Made by a program: the position numbers and the translations under genes | DNA from: Octopus sinensis | Lineage: Eukaryota | NCBI RefSeq assembly: GCF_006345805.1 | Contig: NC_042999.1 | Span: forward strand, 86,738,001-86,802,000 | Length of the DNA stretch: 64,000 nt | Reading direction: 5' to 3' | The notes under the pieces: model-generated | What the model saw: only the letters and a program-made list of their open reading frames with translations | The model's database searches: none | What the model was told of the DNA's origin: nothing | Shown here: positions 38,350 through 53,240 of the stretch, piece after piece | Layout: each line of letters opens with the position of its first letter | Numbering within the stretch: position 1 is the stretch's first letter

Positions 38350-39480
38350 TTATCTCAACATAAGCTGAAGAAAATGAATCCATAGCTATCTGTATCTTCT
38401 GTTATTTTCTGGTAAGTTTGAAGTCTGTCTGGGTTGTGTTTTCACCTGATTGATAGGTGATTTGTTCAGTCAGTATTACAGATTGCTCATTCACTACAAG
38501 TGAAATGTCTGGAATGTGTGTCTGGGCTATAAACACCCACTTTGAGCTGAAAAGTAGGGGAATGCTATCCCTTTGCATATCCCATCCATTTCCATCATTG
38601 GCTGATATCTTGCTTCTCTTCAAGCTACTTGATATCATTGCCTTCTCCTCTCTTCCATTCTCTTAAGCTTTTATAACTATCTATCATATAATTTCATCAC
38701 TATGGTGATTTGTTAGTATAAGAAAACTGATAACAATCCTTTCTACTATAGGCACAAGGCCTAAAATTTGTGGGGAGGGAGATGATACATGCTAGCAGTT
38801 TTCTATGAATATCATGGGTGTGTATGTGTGTGTGTGTATATATATATATATTGTTTGTTTGTACTCCACCTGCCTTTGTCTTTTGTTTATTTTCGTAAAG
38901 CTTCCCGTTATATATATATATATAACCAAATTAAGAGGGTGGCTTATCAGTGATTAGAACCTAATGTTCACCATATCAAAAGCCTTTGTCAGATCAACAA
39001 AAACCTGATACAGAGGAATCCACTGCTTAATACATTTCTCCTGAATCTGCCTTGCTGAGAAGATCATATCAATCGTCCCTCTGCCAAATCTAAAGCCACT
39101 TTGTAATTCAGGGACTACTGTTGGACAAATATCCTCCATCAACCTGTTCAACAATAATCTAGCAAGAACTTCATCCACAGACTCCGACAGAGTGATGCCG
39201 CGGTAGTGATCACAGATTACTTTATCCCCTTTGCCTTTAAACAAGGTCATGAAGGTACCATCTATCTAAACTTGTGATATAGGAGCTCCATCCCAGCACT
39301 CTGTGATGAGATGAAGTATTGTTTGCGTTATGTTCTTATTACCAACCTTTAAGAGTTCCACAGGAATTCCATCTGATCAAGGTATCTAACTGGTTGATGG
39401 CCATTTTAACCTCATTATTATTTGGTAATCAATCCATTTTGAAACATGAGCACCACTCTCTGAGTTTCAGTGATTATTAT
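38350..39480 (-). mobile_element. BovB-like RTE LINE remnant (different family)
   Basis: KGKGDK..CDHYRGITL...LQSGFR.GRGTIDMIFSARQIQEKC...VFVDLTKAFD, plus decayed endonuclease-like sequence. Confidence 0.85.
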
Positions 39481-39934
39481 CTGGTGATAAGCCTAAGCCA
39501 GATGACCAGTAATCACATCAACTGCAGGTTTTATTTCAAGTTTCCCTCTTATAGAAAGATACTGTAACAACAGCTTGGGTCTTTCACTCCCAGTGGATTT
39601 TCTTTCCTGTTTAAAAAATAGAAAGTTAAAAGGTATGTAATTTAAAAATATAAATAAAATAAGTTTTGAATATAAATAATATATATATATACACATTTAA
39701 GAATGTATTTAAAAAATGATATATACATACTTACACATATTTGTTGGATGGCCATTGACTACTCATGAGTTTCTTTGCCCTTTGACGGGTCTTATTTTTC
39801 GTCCTGCAGGCTGTCCAACAATCACCCTCCTCACCAAGTAAGCCTGGTGGGATTGCTAGTTTAGCTGCCAACGACCCGACTATGCAACAGGTTGTACTGG
39901 ATTACATGCTACCAGTAGCACTCGAGAGCAACCT

Positions 39935-39976
<42 letters not shown>

Positions 39977-42900
39977 AATTTCATTTGTTTCAGTCATTAT
40001 ACTGTGACCATGAAGAATTTTTACTCAAATGAAGCAACCCCAATACCTATTTATTTTAAAGCCTGGTATTTGTTCTGTCATACCCCTTTGCTGTACTGCT
40101 AAGTTAGTGGGGACATAAACACAACATCACCAGTTGTTAAGCATTAGTGGGGAACATCCTCACACACACACACACACGATGGGCTTCTTTACCAAATCCA
40201 TTCATAAGGATTTGACTGACCCAAGGCTATAGTTGAAAACACATGCCCAAGATGCCACGCAGTGAGACCGAACCCAGAACCATAAGGGTGGGAAACAAAC
40301 TTCTTACCACACAGCCACACATGTGTGTGTGTACATATATTATTATTATTATCATCATCATCAACTTACAATTTTTCATGCTGGCATGGCTTGCACTGGT
40401 TTTTTGTTGTTTTTTATATAATCAGATAGCCTTTATATTACTAATTCTTGTAGTCATCTCTTACAATATGCAGTGTGTATGTAATCAATTAAGATTGTTC
40501 CTCATTTTTCAATCTACAGAGAAAAAGCTAAATTTGCCTTGTTTATATATCTACTATATAGGCTACATATATTATTTCAGACCTTCATACTTTGGGGACT
40601 GAGATCCCCAATGACAAGCCCCTTGTGTCAAATAAAGTGTTAAATGCAGTATACAAATTAGCCGTTCAAGTTTTCTATAGCTGCCTTGCTTCCCAGCCAT
40701 GTGCTTTTGGGTTCAGTCTCATTACACAGCACTTTGGGAATGAGTTTTCTACTTAGCCCTGGGCTGATCAAAGCTTTGTGAATTGAATTGGTAGGCAGAA
40801 ACTGAAAGAAGCTCATCATGTGTGTGTATGCTTATATACCATTATCATCAACATTTGATGTCCATTTTCCATGCTGGTATGGTTTGGACGGCTTGACAGG
40901 AACTGGCAAGGCCAGGTGCCACACCAGGCTCTATCATCTGTTTTTGCTTGGTTTCTATGGTTGGATGCTCTTCCTGATACTAACCACTCCACAGAGCGTA
41001 CTGGGTGCCTTTTACATAGTACCATCACCAGTACATTTTACATGGCACCAGCAATGTGCTTTTTATGTGGCCCCAGCATCCACACCAATGCTTTTTACAT
41101 GGCGCCTCAGCTTTAGGATCTCAATTCTGTTGTGGTGGGCAGATCTTCTCAAGTATGGCAATGCACCACATATCTTGGTCCTCAGTCATCTCCTTTGTAA
41201 GGTTCAGCATTTTGGTGTGTGTTGGTGGGAGTCCCCTTGTTTTGACATCATATGATAGTTGTAAACAAGCTTCACTATCATACTTGTTATGCCATTCATT
41301 TCCAATTATCCATGAAAAACATATCTGGTCATGAGGAAATATTACCTTACTTGGAAACAGGTGAAGGTTGTTTCAACAATGCCATCTGACCCATGCAGAC
41401 ATAGAAAAAAATGAATGTTAAAATGATGATGATAATAGTGATCAGTTTTCCCAATGTCTATTGCAGTTCTTAGATATATGCAATATTCTTATTTTTTGCT
41501 GGCAGAATTGTTATCACAGTAGGCAAAATTTTGCCCATTTTTATGGTTTGTGTTCAAATGCTGCCAGGGTCAACTTTGCCTTTCAACCTTTCTAGGTCAA
41601 TAAAATAAGTACCTGTAAAGTACTGGGGTTGATGTAATCGACTTGACTCCTCTCTTGAAATTTCTAGCCTTGTGTTAAAATTTAAAACCAATATTCTTAT
41701 TTTTCATATATAGAAAATATCTGGAAAATACATTTATACATGTATGATTGTGTTTACACATAAATGGAGATATAAACACACACATACACATGTCCTTTTT
41801 CTGCTTACATATGGGACCCTCTACCTCATGACATCGTTTACTAGAAATAGTAACTAAATCTCTCCTACTCTCTTATTTAAAGGGGGATGCATTGGGTATT
41901 TAATCCTACATAACTCCTTAAAAGATGGTATGGTTATACCTGGAATGCTTTTAATGACAGATTGGCTTCATCAGAATCGAGCTAAGTTAAACAGCATCAG
42001 TAACAGCAATAAATTTCCACTTGTAATTTATTTGTAAAATTTATAAATCATAAATAAGCTAAACAATTCTTTAAAAATGATTTAAGTAATTTGGTTGAGG
42101 ATTTTACCATTCTCAGTATTATATAGTTTATGAACATATACCACAGTTGGATAAGTTAGAATCAAAATACATAGACAAAGCACATATATAGCCAAGGGTG
42201 GGAGAGTCAACAAGTTCAGCTTGATCTCACCCCTGGTTATGTATATGTATATGATATATATATACATGTATATACAAACAAATTAAATGGCTCCTGGAGG
42301 ATCCATTTTGATAATTGAGAACCCACTTCAGTCAAATCCTGGCTCCACCCATGCAGACCATGCAGAGTGCAAATTATGCATGTGCTGTCATTAATATGAT
42401 CTCAAGGCAAGTACCACAGGCAAACATGAAGTCATTAACTTAATGGATTTCATTGTGGGTACATATAAAGCAGTGTGTGCACCAAAGTATCGACCAGGCA
42501 GTGTGGGTTCATATCTTGTTTGGTTCTCAAATATTTATTTATGCTTTCATATGAAAATTATATTTATGTACTTCATTTTATTTAAGGCATGGCTGTGTGA
42601 TTAAGAAGCTCATCCTGCAAATACATAGTCTGTAGTTCAGTCCTACTGCACAGCACCTAGAGAAGTGTCTTCTACTATTGGCCTGGGCTAATCAATGCAT
42701 TATAGTTGAATTTGGTAGACAGAAACTGTGTGGAAATTCATCACATCTGTGTGTTTGTGTATGTGTGTGTGTATTCCTCAGCAATCACTTGACAACAGGC
42801 ATTGGTTCATGTACTTCCCAGTCTCAGTAGCTTCACAAAAGACACTAACAGAATAAGTACCAGATTTGGAAATAAATCCTGAGGTCAATTTGTTTGTGCT

Positions 42901-44158
42901 CCAGAATGGCTGTATTCCAATGACTGATACAAATAAAAGATAAAAGGTAACTTCATGGAAACATCTCTTGAGTGAATGCAATGGAGCATCTTTACAAGAA
43001 GAGTATAAATTTTCATGAAGGAAGAGCACTGCTGCTAATATAAGCATCTCAAGAATATCATTACAGATCTCTAATTGTAGAGAAAACCAGTGGAAGGAGT
43101 AGACCCAGGAAGACGTGGGATGAAGTGGTGTGAAAGGGTTTACAGATGCTGGGCCTCACTGAGGAAATAAGGGATTGGGACTTGTGGCAATTTGCTGTAC
43201 TTGAGAAGATACATCAAGTTAAGTAAAATTGTGGCCATCCATACATACAAGCATGTCTATTGCAGGTGCTGGTATCACATACAATGCACTTCTATGTGTA
43301 CCACACATAAAATGCACTCATGGCAATGGCACGTAAATGGACCCATGGAAGTGACATATAAAAAGTACCCAGCACCTGCTGTAAAGTGGTTGGCATTAGG
43401 AAGAGCATCCAGTCATAGAAACCATGCTAAAGCAGTCTTTTAGTGTCTGGACAGCTCTCTGCCTGGCCAGCTTTTGTCAAGCTGCCCAACCCATGCCAGC
43501 ATGGAAAACAGACATTAAATGATGGTGATGATCAATATATGTTTCTGCACCAAAGTGGTTATCTTGAGTCCCATCTTTTCATCATTTTCAAATATAGCCT
43601 GGAAATACAGTGTCATTACATCACTGGAGTCTTAGAAATTAAGGATTTTTAAAAATGATATCTTTTAGTCAGGAGGGAAGACAGTGAAAATGGGGCATCA
43701 AAGATTAATGGGAGAAAGGCAAGGAGAGGTTCTACAAACTAGAGACTTGGCTGAATGCTTGCCACAGAACAGACTCTGCTAAAGACACCTAAAATGTTAG
43801 AGGGTGGTATTAAAGCAAGTGACAAATTAAGTCTACTACCAAGTTAGACTATGGCTAGATTTGAATAAAAAGTACAAAGGACTGTAACAAATAACCCAAC
43901 GAATCGAGTTCAACATTCTTATGGTTTAGACTATCCATCACCTTCAGTTGGTACTTCTTTTTATCAACCCCCACCAAAAACAAAAAAAAAATGGAAGGCA
44001 AAGTTGATCCATGCATGTTTTGAACTTGCAACACAGGAAATCAAACCAAACTGTGAGGTATTCTATCTGATACTCTGATGACTAATGACTTTACCAATTA
44101 GCTGCTTGCTACCCTTTATAATCAACTATAACAAATATATCTCTCTTTATTTTTGCAG

Positions 44159-44308
44159 TTATACATGACTACTGGAGGAGGAAAAGTTGCTTTTTTCAGT
44201 GATGTTGGCAACAAGACTGGAGAGTTTCCATTCTTATTTGACAACATCAAACCTCTGTTTGATGCACAAAAGTTCATCGCTTGGCGGGATGGTAGCAAGA
44301 GGGTTCAT
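44159..44308 (+). CDS. WDR97: WDR97-like exon 3
   Basis: Acceptor ctttatttttgcag, donor CAT|GTATGT, 150 nt, phase 0-0. LYMTTGGGKVAFF...QKFIAWRDGSKRVH. Confidence 0.85.
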
Positions 44309-44398
44309 GTATGTATTTTTTATATAATATAATATAATATTGGAGATGTACTTGCATAGCAAGTGATTTGATCTGAGATCATGTGCTGAAACGAAAAT

Positions 44399-44659
44399 AA
44401 TTGCAGCGTGGAAGGTGTTTGTAAGCCATTTAAGAAACACACAAAAGCCGTTCGATTCACTTCAACATTTAAGTTTAATTTGTCAAAATATTTTCGTCGC
44501 TTTAAGACTGCGACCTGTTCACTGACAAAAATCCGTGCTGAACAGGTCGCGGTCTTAAAGCGACGAAAATATTTTGACAAATTAAACTTAAATGTTGAAG
44601 CGAATCAAACGGCTTTTGTGTTTCTTAAATGGCTTACAAACACCTTCCACACTGCAATT
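44399..44659. mobile_element. Near-perfect palindromic MITE
   Basis: Arms 44399-44521 and 44539-44659 with about 4 substitutions and a 2-bp indel; 17-nt spacer. Confidence 0.9.
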
Positions 44660-45157
44660 GTTTATAATATAATATAATGTAATTTATATAGTTTCATACA
44701 GCAGCAGGCATGGCTCTGTGGTTGAGAAGGTTGCTTTCCTGCTATGTAGTTTTGGGGTTCAGACCCACTGTGTGGCACCTTGGACAAGTGTCCTTTACCC
44801 CATGCTGGCTAATACCTTGTGAGTAGATTTGGTTGATGGAAACTGAAAGAAGCCTGTTGTGTGTGTGTGTGTGTGTGTGTGTATTGTTGTTGTTATGTAT
44901 CCTTTTTATTCTTTTATAAATGTGACTATGCTACAGCACCATCTTTGAGGATTTCAGTCAATCATCTCAACCCTGCTCCAATACTTATTTCTGTCTGCTA
45001 CTTATTTCATTGATTTATATTTCATTGAGTCAATAACTTTACCTCCTTGATACAACATTGGTGTTTTCATATGGCAGCAGTTTCACCAATTATATTGGTC
45101 CTGCCCAGTGCTTCCTCTATTCTCTGCACATATACACACTTGGGTGGAATTCTACTT

Positions 45158-45400
45158 TATCTATCTATCTATCTGCTCAGTCGAAGTCAACTCTCGGTTA
45201 CTCGATGGATCAGTGTCCTCCAGCCAGTTCTATCCTGGGTTGCTTCTTTCAGATTGGCTATGTCCATTCGTGTGTCACTCTTGATGGTGTCAAGCCAGCG
45301 GGTTCTTGGTCGGCCTCTTCCTCTCTTGCCACTGACCATTCCGAGCATGATGTCCTTCTCCAGGGAGAAAATCCATTTTATGCATGCCATATAACTCCTC
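45158..45400 (-). mobile_element. RTE LINE 3' end
   Basis: LEKDIMLGMVSGKRGRGRPRTRWLDTI...WR.LIHRVT with a (GATA)n tail. Confidence 0.85.
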
Positions 45401-46095
45401 TTTGCTTTTTTAATTTTTTTTGAATTTTCAGAATTTTTTGTGAATTTGTATTTTACTCACGTGAATTCACACAACTATGAAAAAAAATTTTTTTAATTTT
45501 CAAAAATAAAAAAAAATTTTTTGGTTAATTTCTCAAATCTTTTTAGACCACTATGTAAAATATGGACAGTCTAAAGTTTAGGCTTAAATCCCAACAATTG
45601 ACCATTAAATGTGTTTATGGGGAGAAAGATATTGACAAACACTAATATGTCAGACTGACAAACAAACAAGGAGGGTATGTGATGGTCATGAGATGTGCTA
45701 AAAATAACAACTAAATAGGCCTTAAATTACACACCAAAACTTTTTGGGGTTTTTGCATAATCATATGAATTCCTGTGTGTAGAATACAAATTGACAAAAA
45801 TTTTCTGAAAATTCCCAAAAATAAAGAAGTTATGGCATGGGTAAAGCAGAGTTCTGCCCACATATTACAACTAGCATGCAAAAGAAGAAGAATGTGCACA
45901 GAAAAGATTTTCAAGAAGTAATTGAATTTTCTTTAAAATTGGGAATGGTTGTTTGCATGAATACATACAGGCTTTGCAAAGAAAGATAAAATTTGCGGAC
46001 AAGAAAATGTTTGCACTCATCTATATAGCAAAATTTTAGAAGGAACATTAGCCCAGCCTAGTATAAAGAGACAGTAACACATGCCAACATTACTT

Positions 46096-46136
46096 CATCC
46101 TGAAGATGAGAATATGAGTATGTTGAAATATTGATG
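46096..46136 (+). ncRNA. Degenerate minimal hammerhead motif (different family)
   Basis: catc-CTGAAGA-tgagaatatgagtatgtt-GAAATATT-gatg. Stem I catc/gatg, palindromic AATATT stem III, broken stem II. Confidence 0.35.
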
Positions 46137-47499
46137 GTGGATTTAGAAACTTTACCATTCTAAATATATTGCTTCATGATGTGTTTGATACATAAACAAA
46201 ACTATGGACATGCATGTGCACACACACACACACTTATATTCACATATGCACACACATACTCACACATACCTACATGCATTCAAACACACATACACACTGG
46301 CACACACACACACACACACATTTATATACACATATGCACACACATATACCTACACACATTCAAACACACACACACACACACAATTACACATGCTCACACA
46401 TAAACACATGCTCTTTCTTTCTCTCTCTCTGTCTTATACACATACACATGTACTTACATACATATACACACAACCTAGTTTATTGTAAATTATTAAATAT
46501 CTTTTCTGTATGTTAAAAATAATTGCAGACATGATAAGCAAAGACTATATTCTACTAAAAAATCAAACCAAAACCTTAATTCTAACAACAATCCTGAAAA
46601 ACCTTGGTAAATAAAACCAATAGTCTGAAACCAAAGAGAACATGGACCAGGTTATTACTTCATGATAACTCTGTTTGTTCACTATTTCATTGATGGTGGT
46701 AAAAAGAAAATAATGATATATTGCTATGTAGCAAGAAGATTGTGTCCCAACCACATGGTTCCAGTTCAGTCCCACTCCATGGCACCTTGGGCAAGCATCT
46801 TCTACTGTAGCCTTGGGCCAACCAAAGCCTTGTGAGTGGATTTGGCTGTCAGAAACTGAAAGAAGCCTATCGTATATTTATATATATATATATATATATA
46901 TATGTTCTTTTACTTGTTTTTGTCACATATTTATGTGTGTTTGAGTCTGTGTTTGTCCCACTCCCATTGCTTGACAACTGATGCTGGCATATTTATGTCC
47001 CTGTAACTTAGTGGTTCAGCAAGTACTAGGCTTACAAAGAATAAGTCCTGGGGTTGATTTCTTTGAATAAAACCCTTTAGGTGGTGCTCCAGCATGGCCA
47101 CAATCCTATGACAAAAACAAGTAAAAGAAAATATATATATAATGATAATAATAATAATAGTAGGGAATATAATCCTAATCTTACAGGGAAAAATTCAATT
47201 TAGCAATTCTAAATCAAATTTTACAATATATAATATATGTATATAATTAAGTGAAATAACCTCTATTAAGCAATTCAATAGTGAAAGACTTTATCTATAC
47301 TATATAGAAAAATTTAAATATGCTATAATAAATATTTAAAAAATCAATAAATTAAGTTGGGCAAATAATAAACATAATGTTTATTTAATTTATTGATTTT
47401 TTAAAATAATATTTATTATAGTATGTTTAAATTTTTTCTATGTGGTATAGATAATGTCTTTCACTATTGAATTACTTCACAGAGGATATTTCTCTTAAT

Positions 47500-47575
<76 letters not shown>

Positions 47576-48514
47576 ACACCCTTCCAAATGCCAACCACTT
47601 CATGTTTCATACCTACATCCAGTTGTAAAAAACCATGCAAAACTGACTTTACCTGTGCTGGTGCCACATAAAAAGCACTCGGTCTACTCTATGGGGTGGT
47701 TGGTGTTAGGAAGAGCACCCAACCATAAAAACCATGCCAAAACAGACACAGTAACCTGGTGTAGTCTTCTACCTGGCTGGTTCCTCTCAAACTGTCCAAA
47801 CGGATGTTAGATGATGATGGTAAAATACACACACACACACACATATATGTGTGTGTGTCTTTGTGTTTGTGTTTGTCCCCTACCACTGGTGTTGATGTGT
47901 TTATGTGTCTACAGTTTAGCAGTTTGGCAAAAAGTGGCTGATAGAATAAGTATCAGTCATTAAGAAAACAAAAGTACTGAGGGTAATTTTTTTTAATAAA
48001 ACCTTCAAGGCAGTGCCCCAGCATGGCTGCAGTCTTATGACTGAAACAAGTAGTAAAAAGGGATAATAATAAGGTGTTATGGAGGAACATTTGATAACCA
48101 TTTTTTTCTCAGAAAGAGTAAGAGAAGAATAGGTTTCTTGTTGTCCTGCTCTGGTTCTGTCACTTGCGCCGTTATCCCTCTTTTGTCCCTTATCTCTTAG
48201 AATAAAGTTGTTTCCTCAGAGCTTGTAGCCCTACAAATTGCATGGCAGTCTCATTAATGCAGGTGGTACAAAAAAATATGCATCCAGCACATGCTGTAAA
48301 GTGGTTGGTGTTAGGAAGAGCATCCAACCATAGAAACTATGTCCTTTGGCCTATTAGAACATGTCAAAAACCATCCAACCCATGCCAGCATGAAACATGA
48401 AAGTTAACTCATGATGATGATGATGACGACGATCTTTTTAAAATCATTCCCGTGTCATTTTCTTTTCTTTTTCTTTTTGTTAAAACTAACATATACCACC
48501 ATCTGCCAAAACAA

Positions 48515-48558
48515 AATAACTGAAGAGGTCACAGATGTGTGATGAAAGATTTCTGGAC
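48515..48558 (+). ncRNA. Decayed second copy of the 24157 hammerhead motif
   Basis: CTGAAGA-g-GTCACA gatg TGTGAT-GAAAGATTTC, with about 130 bp of flanking sequence shared with 24145-24285 and interrupted by a SINE. Confidence 0.45.
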
Positions 48559-48794
48559 AATGGACATGAGTTAAAATAATTCTTTTATTCTTTTACTTGT
48601 TTCAGTCATTTGACTGGGGCCATGCTGGAGCACCGGCTTTAGATGAGCAAATCGACCCCAGGACTTATTCTTTGTAAGCCTAGTACTTATTCTATTGGTC
48701 TCTCTTGCCAAACCGCTAAGTGACGGGGACGTAAGCACACCAGCATCGGTTATCAAGCAATGTTGGGGGGACAAACACAGACACACAAACATAT

Positions 48795-48828
<34 letters not shown>

Positions 48829-49231
48829 GATGGTCTTCTCTCAGTTTCTGTCTACCAAATCCACTCTCAAGGCTTTGGTCAGCAGGAGGCTATAGTAGAA
48901 GACACTTACCCAAAGTGCCATGCAGTGGGACTGAACCTGGAACCATGTGGTTGATAAGCAAGCTACTTACCACACAGCCACTCCTGCACCTGTAGTGATA
49001 AACAACCTTAATCGATTTTCGAACCTTATAGGGTTCTTATCAGAGGTGTCTATATCATTCTGACAGTCTCCAATTTAAAAAAGAAGAACAGTAATAAACA
49101 AGTGAAAAAAAAATATATAGTGCATGTGTTTATTTGGCAAAAAAATAAAATAAAAAATAAAAATGACCATCCTGAAATGCAACAATAATTTTAATAACTT
49201 TTAATGTACCCTCATTTTTGTTCTCTTACAG

Positions 49232-49348
49232 TTGCTGAATAATTCATTGAAAGTAATTCAGAGTGTAGATTGCCACAACTGTGTTTATCTGGTGACGTTT
49301 AATGCCAAAAGGAATGAAGTTATCGTTGTTTCCAAAGGTTACGTCAGT
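49232..49348 (+). CDS. WDR97: WDR97-like exon 4
   Basis: Acceptor ttgttctcttacag, donor AGT|GTAAGA, 117 nt, phase 0-0. LLNNSLKVIQSVDCHNCVYLVTFNAKRNEVIVVSKGYVS (beta-propeller-like). Confidence 0.85.
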
Positions 49349-49667
49349 GTAAGACCCTTTAATGTACCATTTTTTTAAATCTTTGATTTCTTTCAGCCAA
49401 TGGACTGTGGCCTTGCTGGAGCACCACCTTGAAGGGTTTCAGTTTGCTCTTTTTTTTTACCCTTTTACTTGTTTCAGTCATTTGAATGCGGCCATGCTGG
49501 AGCACCACCTTTAGTCGAGCAAATCAACCCCATGGCTTATTCTTTGTAAGCCTAGTACTTATTGTATCAGTCTCTTTTGCCGAACCGCTAAGTTACGGGC
49601 AACGTAAACACACCAGCATCGGTTGTCAAGTGATGTTGGGGGGACAAACACAGACACACAAACATAT

Positions 49668-49709
<42 letters not shown>

Positions 49710-51990
49710 GACAGGCTTCTTTCAGTTTCTGTCTACCAAATCCACTCACAAGGCTTTGGTCAGCCTGAGGCTATAGTAGAAGACACTTGCCCAAGGTGCC
49801 ACGCAGTGGGACTAAACCTGGAACCATGTGGTTGGTAAGCAAGCTACTTACCACAGCCACTCCTGTGCCTATGTTTATCAAATCCATATTTATTCTATTG
49901 TTGACTTTTTGCCAAACTGAGTAATTACTCAGGGTAGGCAGTTGGTGATGTTTATGTAGTAAAACACAATAAAATAAGTGAAACACAGGCGTGCAACTAA
50001 GTTGGAAGCAGATTTATTTCTACCTTTATAGTGCATAAAGAAAACGTTGTTGTAGGAATGTACACAGCTTGTGTACTACAGCAGTGCTCTGTGCAGCTCA
50101 AATACTGAGACTGAAGAGCAGGGGCATATTATGCCTACTTAATCTACAAAAAAACCAAATATTTTGCATTTTATGCATAGTAATCAGAGTAACCTTCATT
50201 ATTCTACTGAATTAGGTGCATATTTTGCCATAAAAGGAACAAGTTACTATCGATCTATTTCATTCAGGGTAGGCACTGCCTACCTTGCCTATCCAGGCAG
50301 CACATCCCTGGTATATACGATGGGCTTCTTTCAGTTTCTGTCTACCAAATCCTTTCTCACAAGGCTTTGGTCATTAATTTACATTACCCTTCAAAATTAC
50401 ATAACCATTATTGGCATGGCTGTATGTGTAAGGAATTCACTTCTCAACCATGTTGCTTTGGGGTTAGTCGCACTGTGTTGTACTTTGGGCGAGTGTCTTC
50501 TATAACCCTGGACCAACCAAAGCCTTCTGGTGGATTTGGTCAGCAGAAACTGAAAAGAAGCAGAGACATCAGCTGTTTCCATAAATTTCCTGGAGAAGGG
50601 GTCCTAACAGTGAAATATTGAAATATCAGGTAACAGTTCTAGCCATGGACCTGTATTATTAATTTTTATAACCTTCATTGTCTTGGCTTTGAAATAAATA
50701 TTTAAAACATTTACATATACATAATCTTTGAATAGTATATTACTGGTTGTGGTTTATAACTGATCAAAATGTTGCCTTTTTTTTTTTTACACCAGCTGTT
50801 GTAGTTATGTAATATTGATGACACTTCAGACAGGCTGGAAGCACGTTGTCTCTTTTATGCTGGAAGTCAATGTAGACTCTGGGTGGCTTGGTGTTTGTGA
50901 AAAGAAATAACAAATGAAACAGTTAAACATTTCTAACATTTTCTTAAAGGAAAAGAAGAGTTATTTCCCATGGATTGAGGTTTGTTATGTGAAAGGTGTG
51001 TGTGTGTGTGTGTGTGTGATCGTTTAACGTCCACTTTCTGAGTTAGCATGGGTTGGACGGATTGACAGGAGTTGGCCAGGCAGATGACTGCACCAGACTT
51101 CTATGTCTGTTTTGGCATGGTTTTTACAGCTGAATGCCCTTCCTAACACCATATATATTAAACATACATATATATGTGTGTGTGTGTGTGTGTACACACA
51201 CACACACGTCATTTCCCATTCTTTAGTCCAACCTTCTCCCAGAAAATGTTATAATGTTTTTCTGTTTTTCTCTAGCTTTCATTCCATTTTGTTTTTACCA
51301 ACACTAAGCTTCCCACAGTATATATATACCTCCAGCATAACAGAGGCTATGTGCTTGCAGCCAGCATGACAGAAGAGTTGTCAATAAGTGCAGTAGTCGG
51401 TACAACAGTGATGATAACATTCTAACCAGTTATGCGGCATAAATGTCAATGATGTATAAAACAAAAAAATATCTGTTCTATTACTCATGTTGAGTGTGCT
51501 TTTGTTTTCCTAATTTATAGACAACTAACTCATAATATATCATCATCATGCATGTGTCCACCAATTAACTGTGAACCTTGCGACATGGCTGCCCCATCAT
51601 AGCTTTGCATGGTGCTATTCTGTGACAACGTCCTTCATTCCAGTTCTATTTCTTATCTCTTCAATCCAGATGTGATCTCTTAGCAAGATTCTCATCATTG
51701 ACCTTTCTGTGACTCTCTACGCTGTAAGCAGATGTTGTTCTTCTAAGAACAAGAAGAACAACATACATACCTGTTTTGTATTCAAAGCAGCCTGGTCCAG
51801 CCTCTCATACCTACCCTACTATGTCATTCTAAATTTAACAATAACATCATTGAAACCCTGAAAACATGAGATAAAACATAAACAATTCAAAACAATGTGA
51901 ATAAATAAGCATTACATTTGATAGAGTAAGCATTCAAATTACTCTGTCAAATATATATGTGTGTGTGTGTGTGTGTATGGTGTATATATA

Positions 51991-52023
<33 letters not shown>

Positions 52024-53027
52024 GGGCATGGCTGTTTGGTTAGGAAGCTTGCTTCCCAGCAACATGGTTTTGGGTTCAGTCCCACTGCATGGCACTTTGG
52101 GCAAGTATCTTCAGCTATAGCCCCAGGCTGACCGAAGCTTTGTGATTGATGCCAGGGCCACCTGACTGGCTCCTGTACTGGTGGCACATAAAAAGCATCA
52201 TCCAAACGTTGTTGATGCCAGGGCCACCTGATTGGCTCCTGTGCCAGTGGCACATAAAAAGCACCCACTACACTCTTGGAGTTGTTGGCATTAGGAAGGG
52301 CATTCAGCTGTAGAAACATTGCCAGATTCTAATCCAGACCACAAGGAGCTAGAAGAAATACTCCAGGGAATTTTGTTCAACAATATAACATTTCTCTTGG
52401 AAGACAAAATAGGGTTAGGTCTGTCACAACCCTTAGGGTTCATAATACCAAAGCTTAATCTAGTTTCCATGGCTTATATGTGACTTAAGTTACAATACTC
52501 CACCCTAAACAGAATGCCAGTCTGTCATAGGGTTTATTTCCCAGTTACTGCTGGAACTCGTTCACAGCTGAGTGAACTGGAGCAATGTAAAATGAAGTGT
52601 TTTGCTCAATAACACAATGCATCACCTGGTCCAGGAATTGAAACTGCGATCACATGATTGTGAGTGCTAAACCCTAACATGTTGGCCATGTGCTTTCATA
52701 AAACTGTTTGTATATTATTATTCTTTCTTTGCCATCTGAAATCTCTTAAACCATCTTAACCCTATTAAACATAGCAATTTGTCCGCCCTGTTTTCAATCC
52801 TCATAGCCTCCACCTGCTCAAGTGGCCTGGCCTGCCATTACTAGAAACACTGATCTAAGTTAAATGAAATGAAATTGGTAACACAGTTTACTAGGTGCTT
52901 ATCTCCTAATCAACAGCTTAGATTTAATATATTATGATTCATTTAACTGTATAGTCATGAAATATATGTTGAAATATAATTTTTTTTTGGGGGGGGGAAT
53001 GTAAAAGGCCTAGACAAAAGGGCTTAA

Positions 53028-53240
53028 CCCTTTCGTTATCAACCCGGCTGAAACCGTCTCTGACTCTGTAGTACAAATGTCTTGTTTTCATAAGTTTTTA
53101 ATTAAAATCTTCCACCAAACTTTAGTCACAATTTATGTTCCTAACACTAGATTAATGATAACTAAGTTATTTTACTAAATTATTTATTATATTTAAAATA
53201 GTTGAAAGAAACATAGAGCATCTCAAAATATATACGTAAT
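53028..53240. mobile_element. piggyBac-like MITE remnant
   Basis: TTAA|CCCTTTCGTT left terminus; right terminus degraded. Confidence 0.5.
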
